Origin: Alphaproteobacteria bacterium
GTDB taxonomy: Bacteria > Pseudomonadota > Alphaproteobacteria > Rickettsiales > JADKJE01
Reading direction: 5' to 3'
Length of the DNA: 64,000 nucleotides
Assembly: GCA_016722515.1 (NCBI GenBank)
Contig: JADKJE010000001.1
Location: 132,189 to 196,188, forward strand
A program made the translations under genes and the position numbers. This document shows, one piece after another, positions 18,000-28,518 of the stretch (position 1 is its first letter; every line of letters begins with the position of its first letter). The notes under the pieces are model-generated. The model was given only the letters and a program-made list of their open reading frames with translations. It was not told where the DNA came from and made no database searches.

Positions 18000-18983
18000 T
18001 TATCGCAATTGCGCAATAAACTGCATTAAATTTTTCAAAAACACACTTTCTGGAGGCAAGAACAAGATCCCGCCATGTTTGCCATACGCGTAGCGTATAT
18101 CCTGGTCAAGCCTGGTTAACCCATCCATCGGCACCGCTAAACGGTCGCCTTTGGCAATCGAATGAAATAAGTCAGCTAGGTCTGCATTGGTTGGCATGAG
18201 TGAAATATAATCAGGCGATGGCTGTCCTTGGATATTGGTTATTTGTCCATGCCTGGCTGAATAGAATCCAAGATCAATCAACTGCAAGAGTATTTTTTGA
18301 AGAATAGAATTGCCTTCCTCACCATCGGTTGAGGCTGCCTGCCCAGTAAAATAAAGACGCAAATGCGGCTTAACAAAATGAATGTGAATATTGGGCGTAT
18401 AATGCTGATCTCCATAAACAACCCAGCCTTTTGTCGGAGGTGCTATCCACCCAGCGAGCGATTCGCTCTGGATAAAATTTAGCTTCTCACACATATTCAT
18501 GACGGCTCTATAATCAATCGACAGAGAATTAACTTCCAAAAAATCTCGGTTGATATAAACCATAAACTTTAAAAAGGAATCTTCGGCCGGAAATGATATA
18601 ATCACATGATAAAAGCCATCACTTGCTGGAATGATATTGGGCTTATGCTCATAGAATGTACTGGTTTTTGATTCTTCAATTTCATCTGGATGATCTTTAT
18701 CGACATCCATATGTATTAAAAAACCGCATTGCTTGGATAATTTTTTGAGGAAGATATGCGACTCCTGCGCCATCCTGCGATCACTAAAAACTCCTTCCAA
18801 TGAAGGGATCATATCCCCGTTTTCACCAGCTACCACATTGAATTTGCAGCCAGTCAGAGTCGACAAATGTTGGGCCAGTTCCTGACCCTCCTTACCGTAT
18901 GTAGCCATTGCATCCTCCACTTCTACACGCTTGTACGCAAGAGTGTCCAAATGACTATTATATGCCCTTTCTGTTAACAGCAC
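18000..18983 (-). CDS. hypothetical protein (327 aa)
   Basis: Long ORF with no motif I can assign. Confidence 0.5.
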   Translation of the reverse strand: MLLTERAYNSHLDTLAYKRVEVEDAMATYGKEGQELAQHLSTLTGCKFNVVAGENGDMIPSLEGVFSDRRMAQESHIFLKKLSKQCGFLIHMDVDKDHPDEIEESKTSTFYEHKPNIIPASDGFYHVIISFPAEDSFLKFMVYINRDFLEVNSLSIDYRAVMNMCEKLNFIQSESLAGWIAPPTKGWVVYGDQHYTPNIHIHFVKPHLRLYFTGQAASTDGEEGNSILQKILLQLIDLGFYSARHGQITNIQGQPSPDYISLMPTNADLADLFHSIAKGDRLAVPMDGLTRLDQDIRYAYGKHGGILFLPPESVFLKNLMQFIAQLR

Positions 18984-19004
18984 GTTAATCGGTAAGCCCT
19001 GCGT

Positions 19005-19934
19005 CTAGCCTGGGTAGTTCATCGATTTTACCTGCTCAAGCTGAGGCGGCAAAGGCTCAGGCTGTTCGGGGTCATGATGGATAAGGACTTCCGCCCGCGG
19101 ATAAAGGGATAATACCCTAGCTTCAACGGCATCGCCAATAACATGGGCATCAATCAAACTAAGTGTCCCTTCTAATTCGAGATGAAACTGAATAAAAGGA
19201 GTGATACCTGCGAAGCGCGTTCTTAAATCATGCACCCCTCTTACACCTGGGATGGATATTATTTCTTCCATAATTTTTCGGCGCTCTTCATCTGGTAATT
19301 CCTTATCCATAAGATTGTCGAATGCTCGTTTACCAATACCCCAAGCAGAATAGGTTATGTAAACAATAATAATCAACGATACGATCACATCAACAATAGA
19401 ATGAACGCCAAGCATTGATAACCCTAATGTCAGCATAACCAGGCCATTGACGATGATATCCGTAAAATAATGCAGCGAATCAACTTCGACTACTTTTGAA
19501 TGGGTTACTCTCGTCACATAACGTTGAAAAATAACCAATCCCAGTGTAAAGGCCGTAGCAAAAATCATGACAATGAGTGCCATACCTTCATAATGGATAG
19601 CTACCGGTTGAAAAAAACGATGGAATGACTCAACACCCACAAAAAATGAAGAACCTATAATAAATCCCGATTGCACCAAGGCAGCTAAATCTTCAGCCTT
19701 ACCATGCCCAAATCGATGATCATTATCGGCTGGCCTTAGAGCATAATGGGCTGCAAGTGCATTAACTACTGATGTCACAACATCAAAAACCGAATCAATC
19801 AAAGACGTCAGCACCGTCAATGAATCACTCATGATCCAGGCAAACAATTTTCCAATGATCATCAACATAGCAAGTGTCACAGAAGCATAGGTAGCCCACC
19901 TTATAAGACGGGCCTGAAGAGGCGAATGGGTCAT
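19005..19934 (-). CDS. cation diffusion facilitator family transporter
   Basis: Six TM segments. Motif ALRPADNDHRFGHGKAEDLAAL plus a C-terminal cytoplasmic domain (HDLRTR...HLE). The start is placed at the internal ATG (MTHSPLQ...), so it is uncertain. Confidence 0.85.
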   Translation of the reverse strand: MTHSPLQARLIRWATYASVTLAMLMIIGKLFAWIMSDSLTVLTSLIDSVFDVVTSVVNALAAHYALRPADNDHRFGHGKAEDLAALVQSGFIIGSSFFVGVESFHRFFQPVAIHYEGMALIVMIFATAFTLGLVIFQRYVTRVTHSKVVEVDSLHYFTDIIVNGLVMLTLGLSMLGVHSIVDVIVSLIIIVYITYSAWGIGKRAFDNLMDKELPDEERRKIMEEIISIPGVRGVHDLRTRFAGITPFIQFHLELEGTLSLIDAHVIGDAVEARVLSLYPRAEVLIHHDPEQPEPLPPQLEQVKSMNYPG

Positions 19935-20131
19935 AGAAAACACCAGAGAATAGTTGGTATCCCATTCTAGTCTATTCACCCATAACCAGCAACTTAGAAA
20001 AGGACCTTTTAGAAATATCATTGAAATTCAGCAGCCAGGCACTTAATGGTCTGTGATAGCTAAAAAAAACTTTGTACAAGCTTTATGAAGTATGGTATAT
20101 GTATGCAATGTTTAACCTATGAGGTGTACTA

Positions 20132-20638
20132 ATGAATATCATAAATAAATTGGCTGTTATCAGCGCTTGTTCTATCGTGACATTATCAGCTTTAAGCGGA
20201 TGCGCAGATAACGGACAACCAGGGGGAAATAACTACTTCTCTAAACAAAATATAGGCACCGTTTTAGGTGGTGCTGGCGGTGCGGTTATTGGATCGAACA
20301 TTGGTAAAGGCCGCGGCCAGATCGTTGGTATTGCCGCAGGTACACTTTTAGGAGCAGCACTTGGTAATACGATAGGTGCATCACTTGACCGCGCTGATAT
20401 GCAATATTATAATAACACCTCTCAGTCTTCATTAGAGAAAGCGCCGACTGGCACAACTCAAACATGGCGTAACCCTGATTCTGGTAACTCTGGAACCATT
20501 ACTCCCGTTCGCACCTATTCTCAAAATGGTCAATATTGCCGCGAATACACACAGACTATTACTGTGGGTGGGAAACGTCAGGAAGGTCATGGTGTAGCAT
20601 GCCGTCAGCCTGATGGAAGCTGGCAAATCCAGCAGTAA
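20132..20638 (+). CDS. 17-kDa-surface-antigen-type outer membrane lipoprotein (glycine zipper)
   Basis: Lipobox LSGC. Glycine zipper [34 protein letters not shown]-terminal YCREY...[14 protein letters not shown] module. Confidence 0.75.
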   Translation: MNIINKLAVISACSIVTLSALSGCADNGQPGGNNYFSKQNIGTVLGGAGGAVIGSNIGKGRGQIVGIAAGTLLGAALGNTIGASLDRADMQYYNNTSQSSLEKAPTGTTQTWRNPDSGNSGTITPVRTYSQNGQYCREYTQTITVGGKRQEGHGVACRQPDGSWQIQQ

Positions 20639-20663
20639 TTTTGCGGAAGCAGGAGTAAGGAAT

Positions 20664-21509
20664 ATGGTAGGGGACGATAAAATCACTGTCATCGGCAACC
20701 TTATGAAAGGTAAGCGCGGTTTGATCATGGGCGTTGCCAATGACAAATCGATTGCCTGGGGCATTGCAAAAGCACTGTGCGAACAAGGAGCAGAGCTGGC
20801 CTTTACCTTTCAGGGTGAAGCCTTAGAAAAAAGGGTTCGTCCCCTTGCCGCTTCAACCGGTTCTGATTTTCTTATTCCTTGTGACGTCACTAGTGACGAG
20901 CAGTTGGATAATGTATTTGCAGAGCTAAAGACTCGGTGGGGAACCATCGATTTTCTGGTTCACGCCGTTGCCTTTGCCGATAAGGAAGAACTCAAGGGAA
21001 AATATTTCAATACGTCCCAGGAAGGCTTTACTAAGGCATTGCTTATCTCGTGTTATTCCTTTACAGCCATCGCCAGGCGTGCGCAACCAATGATGCCTGA
21101 TGGTGGCAGCCTCCTGACACTCACCTATCTGGGTGCAGAGAGAGTTATGCCACATTACAACGTCATGGGCGTTGCAAAAGCAGCGCTTGAAACAAGTGTC
21201 CGTTATTTGGCAGTAGATTTGGGTGAATATAATATTCGCGTTAATGCTATTTCTGCAGGCCCTATTAAGACTTTAGCTGCATCAGGCATTGGTGATTTTC
21301 GCTACATTCTCAAATGGAATGAATATAACGCACCGCTCAAAAGAAATGTAACCATCGAAGACGTTGGCGGTTCTGGTCTTTACCTCCTTAGCAATTTAAG
21401 TTCTGGTGTGAGTGGTGAAGTACACCATGTTGATTGCGGGTACCATGTAGTAGGTATGAAAGCCGTTGATGCTCCAGATATCTCGGTTGTCAAAGATACT
21501 GTCACTTAA
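20664..21509 (+). CDS. fabI: enoyl-[acyl-carrier-protein] reductase (NADH) FabI
   Basis: AGGAG upstream of the ATG at 20664. Motifs GVANDKSIAWGIAKA, YNVMGVAKAALE (Tyr/Lys) and NAISAGPIKTLAA. Confidence 0.93.
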   Translation: MVGDDKITVIGNLMKGKRGLIMGVANDKSIAWGIAKALCEQGAELAFTFQGEALEKRVRPLAASTGSDFLIPCDVTSDEQLDNVFAELKTRWGTIDFLVHAVAFADKEELKGKYFNTSQEGFTKALLISCYSFTAIARRAQPMMPDGGSLLTLTYLGAERVMPHYNVMGVAKAALETSVRYLAVDLGEYNIRVNAISAGPIKTLAASGIGDFRYILKWNEYNAPLKRNVTIEDVGGSGLYLLSNLSSGVSGEVHHVDCGYHVVGMKAVDAPDISVVKDTVT

Positions 21510-21537
21510 GCTTATACAGGATTGTCATTGTTAGCCT

Positions 21538-22620
21538 ATGTCCCACAATAGTTTTGGAACCTATTTTCAGTTTACGACCTGGGGCGAAAGCCATGGAGAA
21601 GCGATTGGCTGTGTTGTCGATGGCGTTCCTTCCCTGATTGAATTAAGTGAAGCTGATATCCAACCTTTTCTTGATAAACGCAAACCAGGTCAATCCCGTT
21701 TTACGACGCAGCGCCAGGAATCGGATCAAGTAAAAATACTCTCAGGTGTTTTCGAAGGCAAAACAACTGGGACCCCTATCAGCCTTATCATTCATAATGA
21801 AGACCAACGCTCCAAAGATTATGGTGACATCAAAGAAAAATTCCGTCCAGGACATGCTGACTACACCTATCAAATGAAATATGGTATCCGTGATTACCGC
21901 GGTGGCGGGCGTTCCAGTGCCCGTGAAACGGCGATGCGGGTTGCCGCAGGCGCTATCGCCCGAAAAATTCTAGGTGATTCCATCCGCATCCGTGGTGCAC
22001 TGGTACAACTGGGTACCGAAAAAATAAATCGCAACCATTGGGATTGGAATGAAACCAGTCAAAATCCCTTTTGGTGCCCGGATAAAAGCTGCGTAAACCA
22101 GTGGGAAGAATATCTTGATTCGGTCCGCAAAAGCGGCTCCTCAGTTGGCGCCATTATCGAAGTGGTTGCAGAAGGTGTTCCCGCAGGCCTTGGTATGCCC
22201 ATTTACCGCAAACTGGATTCTGACCTTGCCACGGCCATGATGTCTATTAATGCTGTCAAAGGGGTAGAAATTGGTGCTGGATTTGAATCTGCATCACTTC
22301 CTGGTGAAGTCAACGGTGATGAAATGCAGATAGGTCCGGAAGGTCAGGTTGATTTTTTGAGCAACCACGCTGGAGGTATTCTTGGTGGTATTTCCTCTGG
22401 GCAACCTATCGTGGTTCGCTTTGTAGTAAAACCAACAAGCTCGATACTCACCCCTAAAAAAACCATCGATATTCATGGCCATAACACCGAAATCCTAACC
22501 AAAGGCCGACACGATCCATGCGTTGGCATTAGGGCTGTACCTGTTGCCGAGGCCATGATGGCATGCGTATTAGCAGATCACTTTCTGTTAAGAAAGATCG
22601 AAACAAATAAAACCGTTTAA
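21538..22620 (+). CDS. aroC: chorismate synthase
   Basis: Motifs [25 protein letters not shown] and KGRHDPCVG. Confidence 0.96.
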   Translation: MSHNSFGTYFQFTTWGESHGEAIGCVVDGVPSLIELSEADIQPFLDKRKPGQSRFTTQRQESDQVKILSGVFEGKTTGTPISLIIHNEDQRSKDYGDIKEKFRPGHADYTYQMKYGIRDYRGGGRSSARETAMRVAAGAIARKILGDSIRIRGALVQLGTEKINRNHWDWNETSQNPFWCPDKSCVNQWEEYLDSVRKSGSSVGAIIEVVAEGVPAGLGMPIYRKLDSDLATAMMSINAVKGVEIGAGFESASLPGEVNGDEMQIGPEGQVDFLSNHAGGILGGISSGQPIVVRFVVKPTSSILTPKKTIDIHGHNTEILTKGRHDPCVGIRAVPVAEAMMACVLADHFLLRKIETNKTV

Positions 22621-22686
22621 ATATATAATCATTTAAACAAATATTTAAATAATTATAATTTATAATGATTGTAATGTGAGGTGAAT

Positions 22687-23355
22687 ATGCTCAAAAAAAT
22701 AATTATTATGTCTTTGATCCCAGCGGTCATGTTATCAGCATGTGCCGACCCCGTTATAATCCATTACGGAGTTACTGGCCCCTTGGCCTGCTCCCATATA
22801 GAAACCGAGCTTCAATCGGCCCGTCTGGCATTGAAAGAATCAAAGAGAGAAGATAGCTTTAAACTTCAGTACATTTTGATCGTTCCAGCTGTTGTATCCA
22901 TTTACAGGATGAATAAAGCAGAAACAGCGGCTCGCAAGCGTATTGACGAGTTAGAAGGTCTTTATCAAAGACAGGCATGCAATTCGCAAAACTCAGGCAT
23001 TCCGACCCCACGGTCTCCCTATGGGACTCAAGGTACTAACCAGCCAACCATGATGGAACCCCAATCGCTTGCCCCGATGGCTCCCCCTACCCCAGTGATG
23101 CCAGCCTTTCCAAATTCACCCGATCAGCCCGGTATGGGACAGCCAGCAATGCCATCGAACCAATCTCCACAAATGCCCTGGCTAAACCAGCAGCAACCAG
23201 GCGGAATGCCTATGCAGCAGCAAGGCATGGTGGCTCCGGGAGGATACCCTAATAATGGGCAATATAATCAGCAACTCTTGCAACAACCTCACGTGATGCA
23301 GCAGACTCCTAACCCGATCCCATTGTGGCAACGTCCGCAGTTTGACACTTACTAA
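22687..23355 (+). CDS. lipoprotein with a Pro/Gln/Met-rich low-complexity C-terminal half
   Basis: MLKKIIIMSLIPAVMLSAC (lipobox LSAC). The C-terminal ~110 aa are dominated by P, Q, M, G and N. Confidence 0.6.
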   Translation: MLKKIIIMSLIPAVMLSACADPVIIHYGVTGPLACSHIETELQSARLALKESKREDSFKLQYILIVPAVVSIYRMNKAETAARKRIDELEGLYQRQACNSQNSGIPTPRSPYGTQGTNQPTMMEPQSLAPMAPPTPVMPAFPNSPDQPGMGQPAMPSNQSPQMPWLNQQQPGGMPMQQQGMVAPGGYPNNGQYNQQLLQQPHVMQQTPNPIPLWQRPQFDTY

Positions 23356-24385
23356 TGTAAACCACAGCATGCTTGCCATTCAGGATGTAAGAGTAATCCA
23401 TCAACAGATCTGCTCATGGTATGATGCCCATGGGCGCAAGCAATTGCCCTGGAGGCTAACGTCAAACCCGTACCATGTCTATCTCAGTGAAGTCATGTTG
23501 CAGCAAACGCAGGTGAAAACAGTGCTGGATAAATTCTATGCTCCTTTCTTGCTGCGATTCCCGACTCTTCTATCGGTTGCCCAGGCAAACAAGGAGGACA
23601 TACTCCAACAATGGCAAGGGCTTGGCTACTATAATCGAGCCATTAACTTGTGGAATACCGCTCAATTAACACAGGGACAATTGCCTTCATCCATTGAGGC
23701 CTTAACTCAGTTACCAGGTATCGGTCAAAATACAGCGCATGCGATTGCATGCTTTGCCTTTGGTCAAGCGGTACCGATTTTGGAGGCCAATGTTCGCAGG
23801 ATCTTGGCAAGATTTTATGCTATTGAGCATATTAATATCAGTGAGTTATGGAGACTATCTAATCTCTTACTTAATAAAGATGATGCTTTCATTCACAACC
23901 AAGCGCTCATGGATATTGGCTCCAGTATTTGCACTCCCAAAGAGCCAGCATGCTATATGTGCCCGCTCTCCCAAGCATGCCAAGGTCGACATCATCCTCA
24001 CCAATATCCCAATCCGACCCCAACCAAAGCTACTCCTATACGTTTTAAGAAAATTTTGATTCTGTGCGATAGCAGAGGTTATGTTTATCTGCAACAGCGT
24101 CATAGTCGTTTTCTTAACGGGCTTTTTCAATTTCTAGAATTTGAACAGGACGAAACACTGGCCTTTAATCGTCAGCCCATTGAACTAAACCTGGTTACTT
24201 TTATTGGCAAGGTTCAACAAACCTATAGCCATTTTCAATTACATGCCGAAATATTTTTATGTAACCTGCACAATACGTCCAACGAAAATAGCTGGTACTC
24301 ACAGGAACAAATGAATACGCTGCCTGTTTCAAAAGCAGAAACAAAAATTATAGCGCTTCTAAAGAAACACATGCTCTTGCAATGA
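23342..24385 (+). CDS. mutY: A/G-specific adenine DNA glycosylase
   Basis: Motifs LPWR...PYHVYLSEVMLQQTQV, HhH LPGIGQNTAHAI, and the 4Fe-4S cluster loop CTPKEPACYMCPLSQAC. The start may instead be the ATG at 23369. Confidence 0.9.
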   Translation: MTLTNVNHSMLAIQDVRVIHQQICSWYDAHGRKQLPWRLTSNPYHVYLSEVMLQQTQVKTVLDKFYAPFLLRFPTLLSVAQANKEDILQQWQGLGYYNRAINLWNTAQLTQGQLPSSIEALTQLPGIGQNTAHAIACFAFGQAVPILEANVRRILARFYAIEHINISELWRLSNLLLNKDDAFIHNQALMDIGSSICTPKEPACYMCPLSQACQGRHHPHQYPNPTPTKATPIRFKKILILCDSRGYVYLQQRHSRFLNGLFQFLEFEQDETLAFNRQPIELNLVTFIGKVQQTYSHFQLHAEIFLCNLHNTSNENSWYSQEQMNTLPVSKAETKIIALLKKHMLLQ

Positions 24386-24400
24386 ACCCCTTAAAAACGA

Positions 24401-24643
24401 CTAACGACCTTCTTTACGAATAGACTCTTTCTGAGCAGTATTCCTTGCCTGTAGTGCAGCGGTATGAGAACCGAGAATCTCTTTATGATTCACCTGAGCA
24501 GACTGAACCGAATCTGATCCTGGGCTTGATGAATATTGCCCAGCAACCTTATTACTTAATTCAGCCATGTGTTCTCCAGCCTGCAATACAGACTTCACTC
24601 GATTAACCCACAGATGATTGTTAGCCATAAGCGAACATCCCAC
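24401..24643 (-). CDS. hypothetical small protein (weak call)
   Basis: 80-codon ORF with no motifs. An alternative ATG lies at 24628. Confidence 0.25.
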   Translation of the reverse strand: MGCSLMANNHLWVNRVKSVLQAGEHMAELSNKVAGQYSSSPGSDSVQSAQVNHKEILGSHTAALQARNTAQKESIRKEGR

Positions 24644-24789
24644 GTCTTTTTAAAGCGCCCGTAACAAGTAGTTGTCTATTCATCTAGGAACGACACCTGC
24701 TCTATGGACACACAATTATTTATTATATCAAAAAAAACACAGATTATTAATAGGCTTAATTTTAATAAATAAATAATTATGATTGACAT

Positions 24790-25305
24790 CTATTTCAATA
24801 AATGCTTGAAATGATTTTGTACCGGAGCTGGTCTATTTTTAAGATGTTCCTCAGCTAATCGTTGCACGTCGCGATAACTAAGTGCAATGATCTTCTGGCC
24901 TGAATCCAAATAAATATGGATGTTAAGCCCACCTTTTTTATTGGTATAAGCTTTGACTAATTTACCAGAATTCTCGCGTCGATATTTTTCCAGTAAAAGA
25001 TTAATCACTTCTTTAGAAAGCTCATGCTTCATCTCATCTGCATGGCGCGTTGCATGCGCTTGGGCAATACGAATTTCCTCAGCACGTTTATGAATGGCTT
25101 TAGGAGTAAAATGAATTTCTTTTTCATGTCCCTGTTTATCTGTAAAGGCCGCTGTAATCGTGCCGTCTTGTTGATGGATAATCTGATCCTGCTTTACACC
25201 ATATTGCTCTTCTAATTGCTTAGCAACTAACAAGAAATCAGCGGGTGTGTATAGCGGCTTATTGCCTTGAATTTGGTTTTCCATGATACATTCTCCATTT
25301 ATCAA
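24790..25305 (-). CDS. hypothetical protein (171 aa)
   Basis: ORF flanked by AT-rich spacers. Lys/Glu/His-rich with no recognisable family. Confidence 0.45.
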   Translation of the reverse strand: MINGECIMENQIQGNKPLYTPADFLLVAKQLEEQYGVKQDQIIHQQDGTITAAFTDKQGHEKEIHFTPKAIHKRAEEIRIAQAHATRHADEMKHELSKEVINLLLEKYRRENSGKLVKAYTNKKGGLNIHIYLDSGQKIIALSYRDVQRLAEEHLKNRPAPVQNHFKHLLK

Positions 25306-25481
25306 TAAAACTCTCTAAAGACAATGGTACATCAATTGTATTAACAAATAATTACAATCACAAATCAAACCACTGAACAAAAAGCTAAAACGGCACCCCA
25401 GCAAAACACTGATAGCGCAACCCGCTCAATGCCTAATCAAATTCTATTGGCTTAATAAATGTATGACCTCATTACAGCAAT

Positions 25482-25676
25482 CTAATGGTCACTACCATGA
25501 TGCTTTACAAAATGGCGGCCACAATAGGGGCAATCAATACTACCAGCGGCCGACAGGTCCAGGTAGACTTTAGGATGCCCCAAAGAACCACCACCACCAT
25601 CACAGCTAATTTTAGCTTTGGTGACGTAGATAATCTCTGCCTGATGTTCAATATTTGTTTTTGGGTTATCGCTCAT
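25482..25676 (-). CDS. zinc-finger (zf-CHCC, NDUFS6 C-terminal-like) domain protein
   Basis: 64 aa with CDGGGGSLGHPKVYLDL...IDCPYCGRHF. Confidence 0.75.
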   Translation of the reverse strand: MSDNPKTNIEHQAEIIYVTKAKISCDGGGGSLGHPKVYLDLSAAGSIDCPYCGRHFVKHHGSDH

Positions 25677-25692
25677 AGGTTACCTTTAGCCT

Positions 25693-26397
25693 TTAAACAT
25701 GAAATTTCTTACCTGATGCCGTACAGGCCTCAGCTGCCAGTTCAACAAATATATCTGTAATTTCATCGGGATGTACCAACTTCATAGGATCCTGTCCTGG
25801 CATAGCAGCAGCGTGCATATCCGTCCTGACCTCTCCAGGATTAATTAAATTAGCCTTCACCGATGTATGTTTATTTTCAGCCGCGTATGTCTTACCCAAA
25901 CACGCCAATGCCAATTTGGATGCCGCATACGCACCCCAATACGGGTAGACCGCTTCAGTTACATTAGACGTAACAAACATAGCTCTCCCTGATGCGGATG
26001 CCTTAAGCAATGGATCCATGCTTCTTAATAACCGATAGTTGGCAGTCAGATTCGTAGCAATCACCTCATCCCATACTTTAGGAACGATATGCGATACAGG
26101 AGTTAAGCTTCCCAAAATACCTGCATTTCCAACCAGGATATCCAATCGTTTAAAACGTTGAAAAATTTCGGCTCCTAAAGCATCAATTTGATCAGCTTTA
26201 GTAAGATCAAGTGGCACCAGCGTCGCTTGGCCACCCATTGCTTGAATGGCATCATCAACTTCTTCTAAACCACCCACCGTACGAGCCAACAAAATTGTAT
26301 GAGCACCTTCTCTGGCTAAACGCTTGGCAACAGCAGCGCCGATACCGCGTGAAGCACCAGTAATAAGAGCAATTCTACCTTCTAATATTCCAGACAT
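25693..26397 (-). CDS. SDR-family oxidoreductase
   Basis: Motifs TGASRGIGAAVA (NAD(P) binding), NAGI and YAASKLAL (catalytic YxxxK). Confidence 0.85.
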   Translation of the reverse strand: MSGILEGRIALITGASRGIGAAVAKRLAREGAHTILLARTVGGLEEVDDAIQAMGGQATLVPLDLTKADQIDALGAEIFQRFKRLDILVGNAGILGSLTPVSHIVPKVWDEVIATNLTANYRLLRSMDPLLKASASGRAMFVTSNVTEAVYPYWGAYAASKLALACLGKTYAAENKHTSVKANLINPGEVRTDMHAAAMPGQDPMKLVHPDEITDIFVELAAEACTASGKKFHV

Positions 26398-26430
26398 GAG
26401 CTAACCAACCGTATTAATCAGGGCGTAAGG

Positions 26431-27894
26431 CTAAGCTGATTTTGACTCAAATGCAAGCGATTCAAACAACGGCATAACACCGCCATGTTTATCACGCAGT
26501 AGAGTTGGATAATCCCCCGTAAAACAGGCATCACAAAATTGCGGGATTTTCTTGTCACGTTTAATGTTCGCAATCGCCCTGTAAAGACCATCCACCGAAA
26601 TGAACGTTAGACTATCCACATTAATAATCTTGGCCATCTCTTCCATCGAATAACGTGCCGCCAGCAATTTTCCCTCTTCAGGGGTATCTACGCCATAAAA
26701 ACATGAATGTACTGTTGGTGGACTTGAAATACACATGTGCACTTCCTTAGCTCCAGCGTTACGTACCATATCAACAATTTTCTTGGACGTTGTGCCGCGA
26801 ACGATACTATCATCAACCAACACCACCCGTTTATCTCTCAGCATATTGCCATTCACATTATGCTTCAACTTAACTCCCAGGTGTCTGACATGATCGGTAG
26901 GCTCAATAAATGTTCTGCCCACATAGTGATTTCGGATAATTCCCAGCTCAAATGGAATCCCGGATTGTTCGGAAAAACCTAGAGCGGCAGGAACACCAGA
27001 ATCGGGAACCGGAACCACAAGATCAGCCTGGATATTTGCTTCTTTAGCGAGCTCAATTCCAATTTGCTTACGCATTTCATAGACATGGCGACCTTCAACA
27101 ATACTATCGGGGCGAGCAAAATAGATATATTCAAAAATACAAAAGCGAGGGTTTTGTTCCCTAAAAGGTTTCAAACTTGCCACTTTGCCATTTTCAATAA
27201 CAACCACTTCTCCTGGTTCAACATCGCGAACAAACTCAGCACCGATAATATCCAATGCACAGGTTTCAGAAGCAACAACATAGCTATTATCGAGTTTGCC
27301 AATAACCAGTGGACGAATACCTAAAGAATCGCGCGCAGCATAAAGACGGTTTTTATCTAACGCAACGATAGAATAAGCGCCTTCTATCCGACGAAGCGCA
27401 TCAATAAATTGATCGAGCACATTATTATAGGTACTGGTTGCCATTAAATGGATGACCGTTTCTGTATCCATAGACGTTTGAAAAATAGACCCCCTAGCCA
27501 CTAATTCTTTGCGCAGTGTCAACGCATTGGTCAGGTTACCATTATGAGCTACAGCAAAGCCACCAAATTCAAATTCGGCAAAAATCGGCTGGATATTTCG
27601 TACATGCTTGCCACCCGCTGTAGAATAACGCACATGCCCAATGGCTGCATGGCCAACCAGACGAGCCATTACTTCCTGCGAGTTAAAATTATCGCCCACT
27701 TTACCTAATGCAGTGTGATTAAAAAACTGGCCACCGTCAGTCGACACAATCCCTGCCGCCTCCTGCCCTCTATGCTGTAGCGCATGAAGTCCAAGAGCCG
27801 TATAGGCTGCCGCATCTCCATGATTAATAATACCAAATACACCACACTCCTCATGGAGCTTATCGTCATCAAAAGGATCGGTTGAAATCATCAT
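26431..27894 (-). CDS. purF: amidophosphoribosyltransferase
   Basis: A propeptide is followed by the CGVFGI nucleophile. PRPP loop VVLVDDSIVRGTTS. Confidence 0.96.
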   Translation of the reverse strand: MMISTDPFDDDKLHEECGVFGIINHGDAAAYTALGLHALQHRGQEAAGIVSTDGGQFFNHTALGKVGDNFNSQEVMARLVGHAAIGHVRYSTAGGKHVRNIQPIFAEFEFGGFAVAHNGNLTNALTLRKELVARGSIFQTSMDTETVIHLMATSTYNNVLDQFIDALRRIEGAYSIVALDKNRLYAARDSLGIRPLVIGKLDNSYVVASETCALDIIGAEFVRDVEPGEVVVIENGKVASLKPFREQNPRFCIFEYIYFARPDSIVEGRHVYEMRKQIGIELAKEANIQADLVVPVPDSGVPAALGFSEQSGIPFELGIIRNHYVGRTFIEPTDHVRHLGVKLKHNVNGNMLRDKRVVLVDDSIVRGTTSKKIVDMVRNAGAKEVHMCISSPPTVHSCFYGVDTPEEGKLLAARYSMEEMAKIINVDSLTFISVDGLYRAIANIKRDKKIPQFCDACFTGDYPTLLRDKHGGVMPLFESLAFESKSA

Positions 27895-28017
27895 ATATAA
27901 TCATCTTGGGAAGAGGGATGGAACTGCGGCGATTTTAACATATTTTGAAGCCAAATACTAGTATAGATATTCAATCACAAATCGGTAATAAAGCCGGACT
28001 CTGTCATCGACACAACG

Positions 28018-28430
28018 CCCCCTCCCACCACCCCAGATTCATCAGCACTAGTGTCCAGTAACTTCTGGATGTATATGGGATAAAGGCTGGCTCTCTATGC
28101 AAAGCACCGTATAATGAAGTTGCCGAAACTCAACATCAGGAGCCAGCCATGTTAGTATTCCCTCATTTCATGCATTATTGAAAGACTTACCTGGTTATAA
28201 ATTTGAATGACGAAAAGAAGAGCTTGATCTGGATTATGCGGCGCGTGGTTTTAGTGAATGGCATCACTTTCTCAGTATGGTTTACTGCCAGTTGACAAAG
28301 CATGAGCGCTATTAAAGCCAGATAGCCCTGTAAACTAGCTTAAAAAGCCAACGAAATCACAAAAAACAAAGTAAACAATTATATATCAATATGTTATTCA
28401 TTGGACACTAGTGCTGGTGAGGAGGGGTGG
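28018..28430 (+). mobile_element. internally deleted IS4-like element remnant bounded by an inverted repeat
   Basis: Perfect 15-bp inverted repeat CAGCACTAGTGTCCA (28043-28057) / TGGACACTAGTGCTG (28402-28416), with C-rich/G-rich imperfect extensions outside. It encloses a transposase N-terminal fragment. Confidence 0.45.
28151..28315 (+). pseudogene. remnant of an IS4-family transposase N-terminus (DUF4372-like)
   Basis: Translation ...SFHALLKDLPGYKFE*RKEELDLDYAARGFSEWHHFLSMVYCQLTKHERY* resembles the F..LL..IP...FE...D.y.KgFscWdqf.aMlfaQLt pattern of DUF4372 transposase N-termini. There is an in-frame stop and no DDE domain follows. Confidence 0.45.
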
Positions 28431-28518
28431 CAGAAGGCAATATCTTTTATGGTATGTGCTGGACAAATTAAAGGAATACTCTTACCCTCGCCTTCTAAAA
28501 TCACAATGAGCGCTCCCT

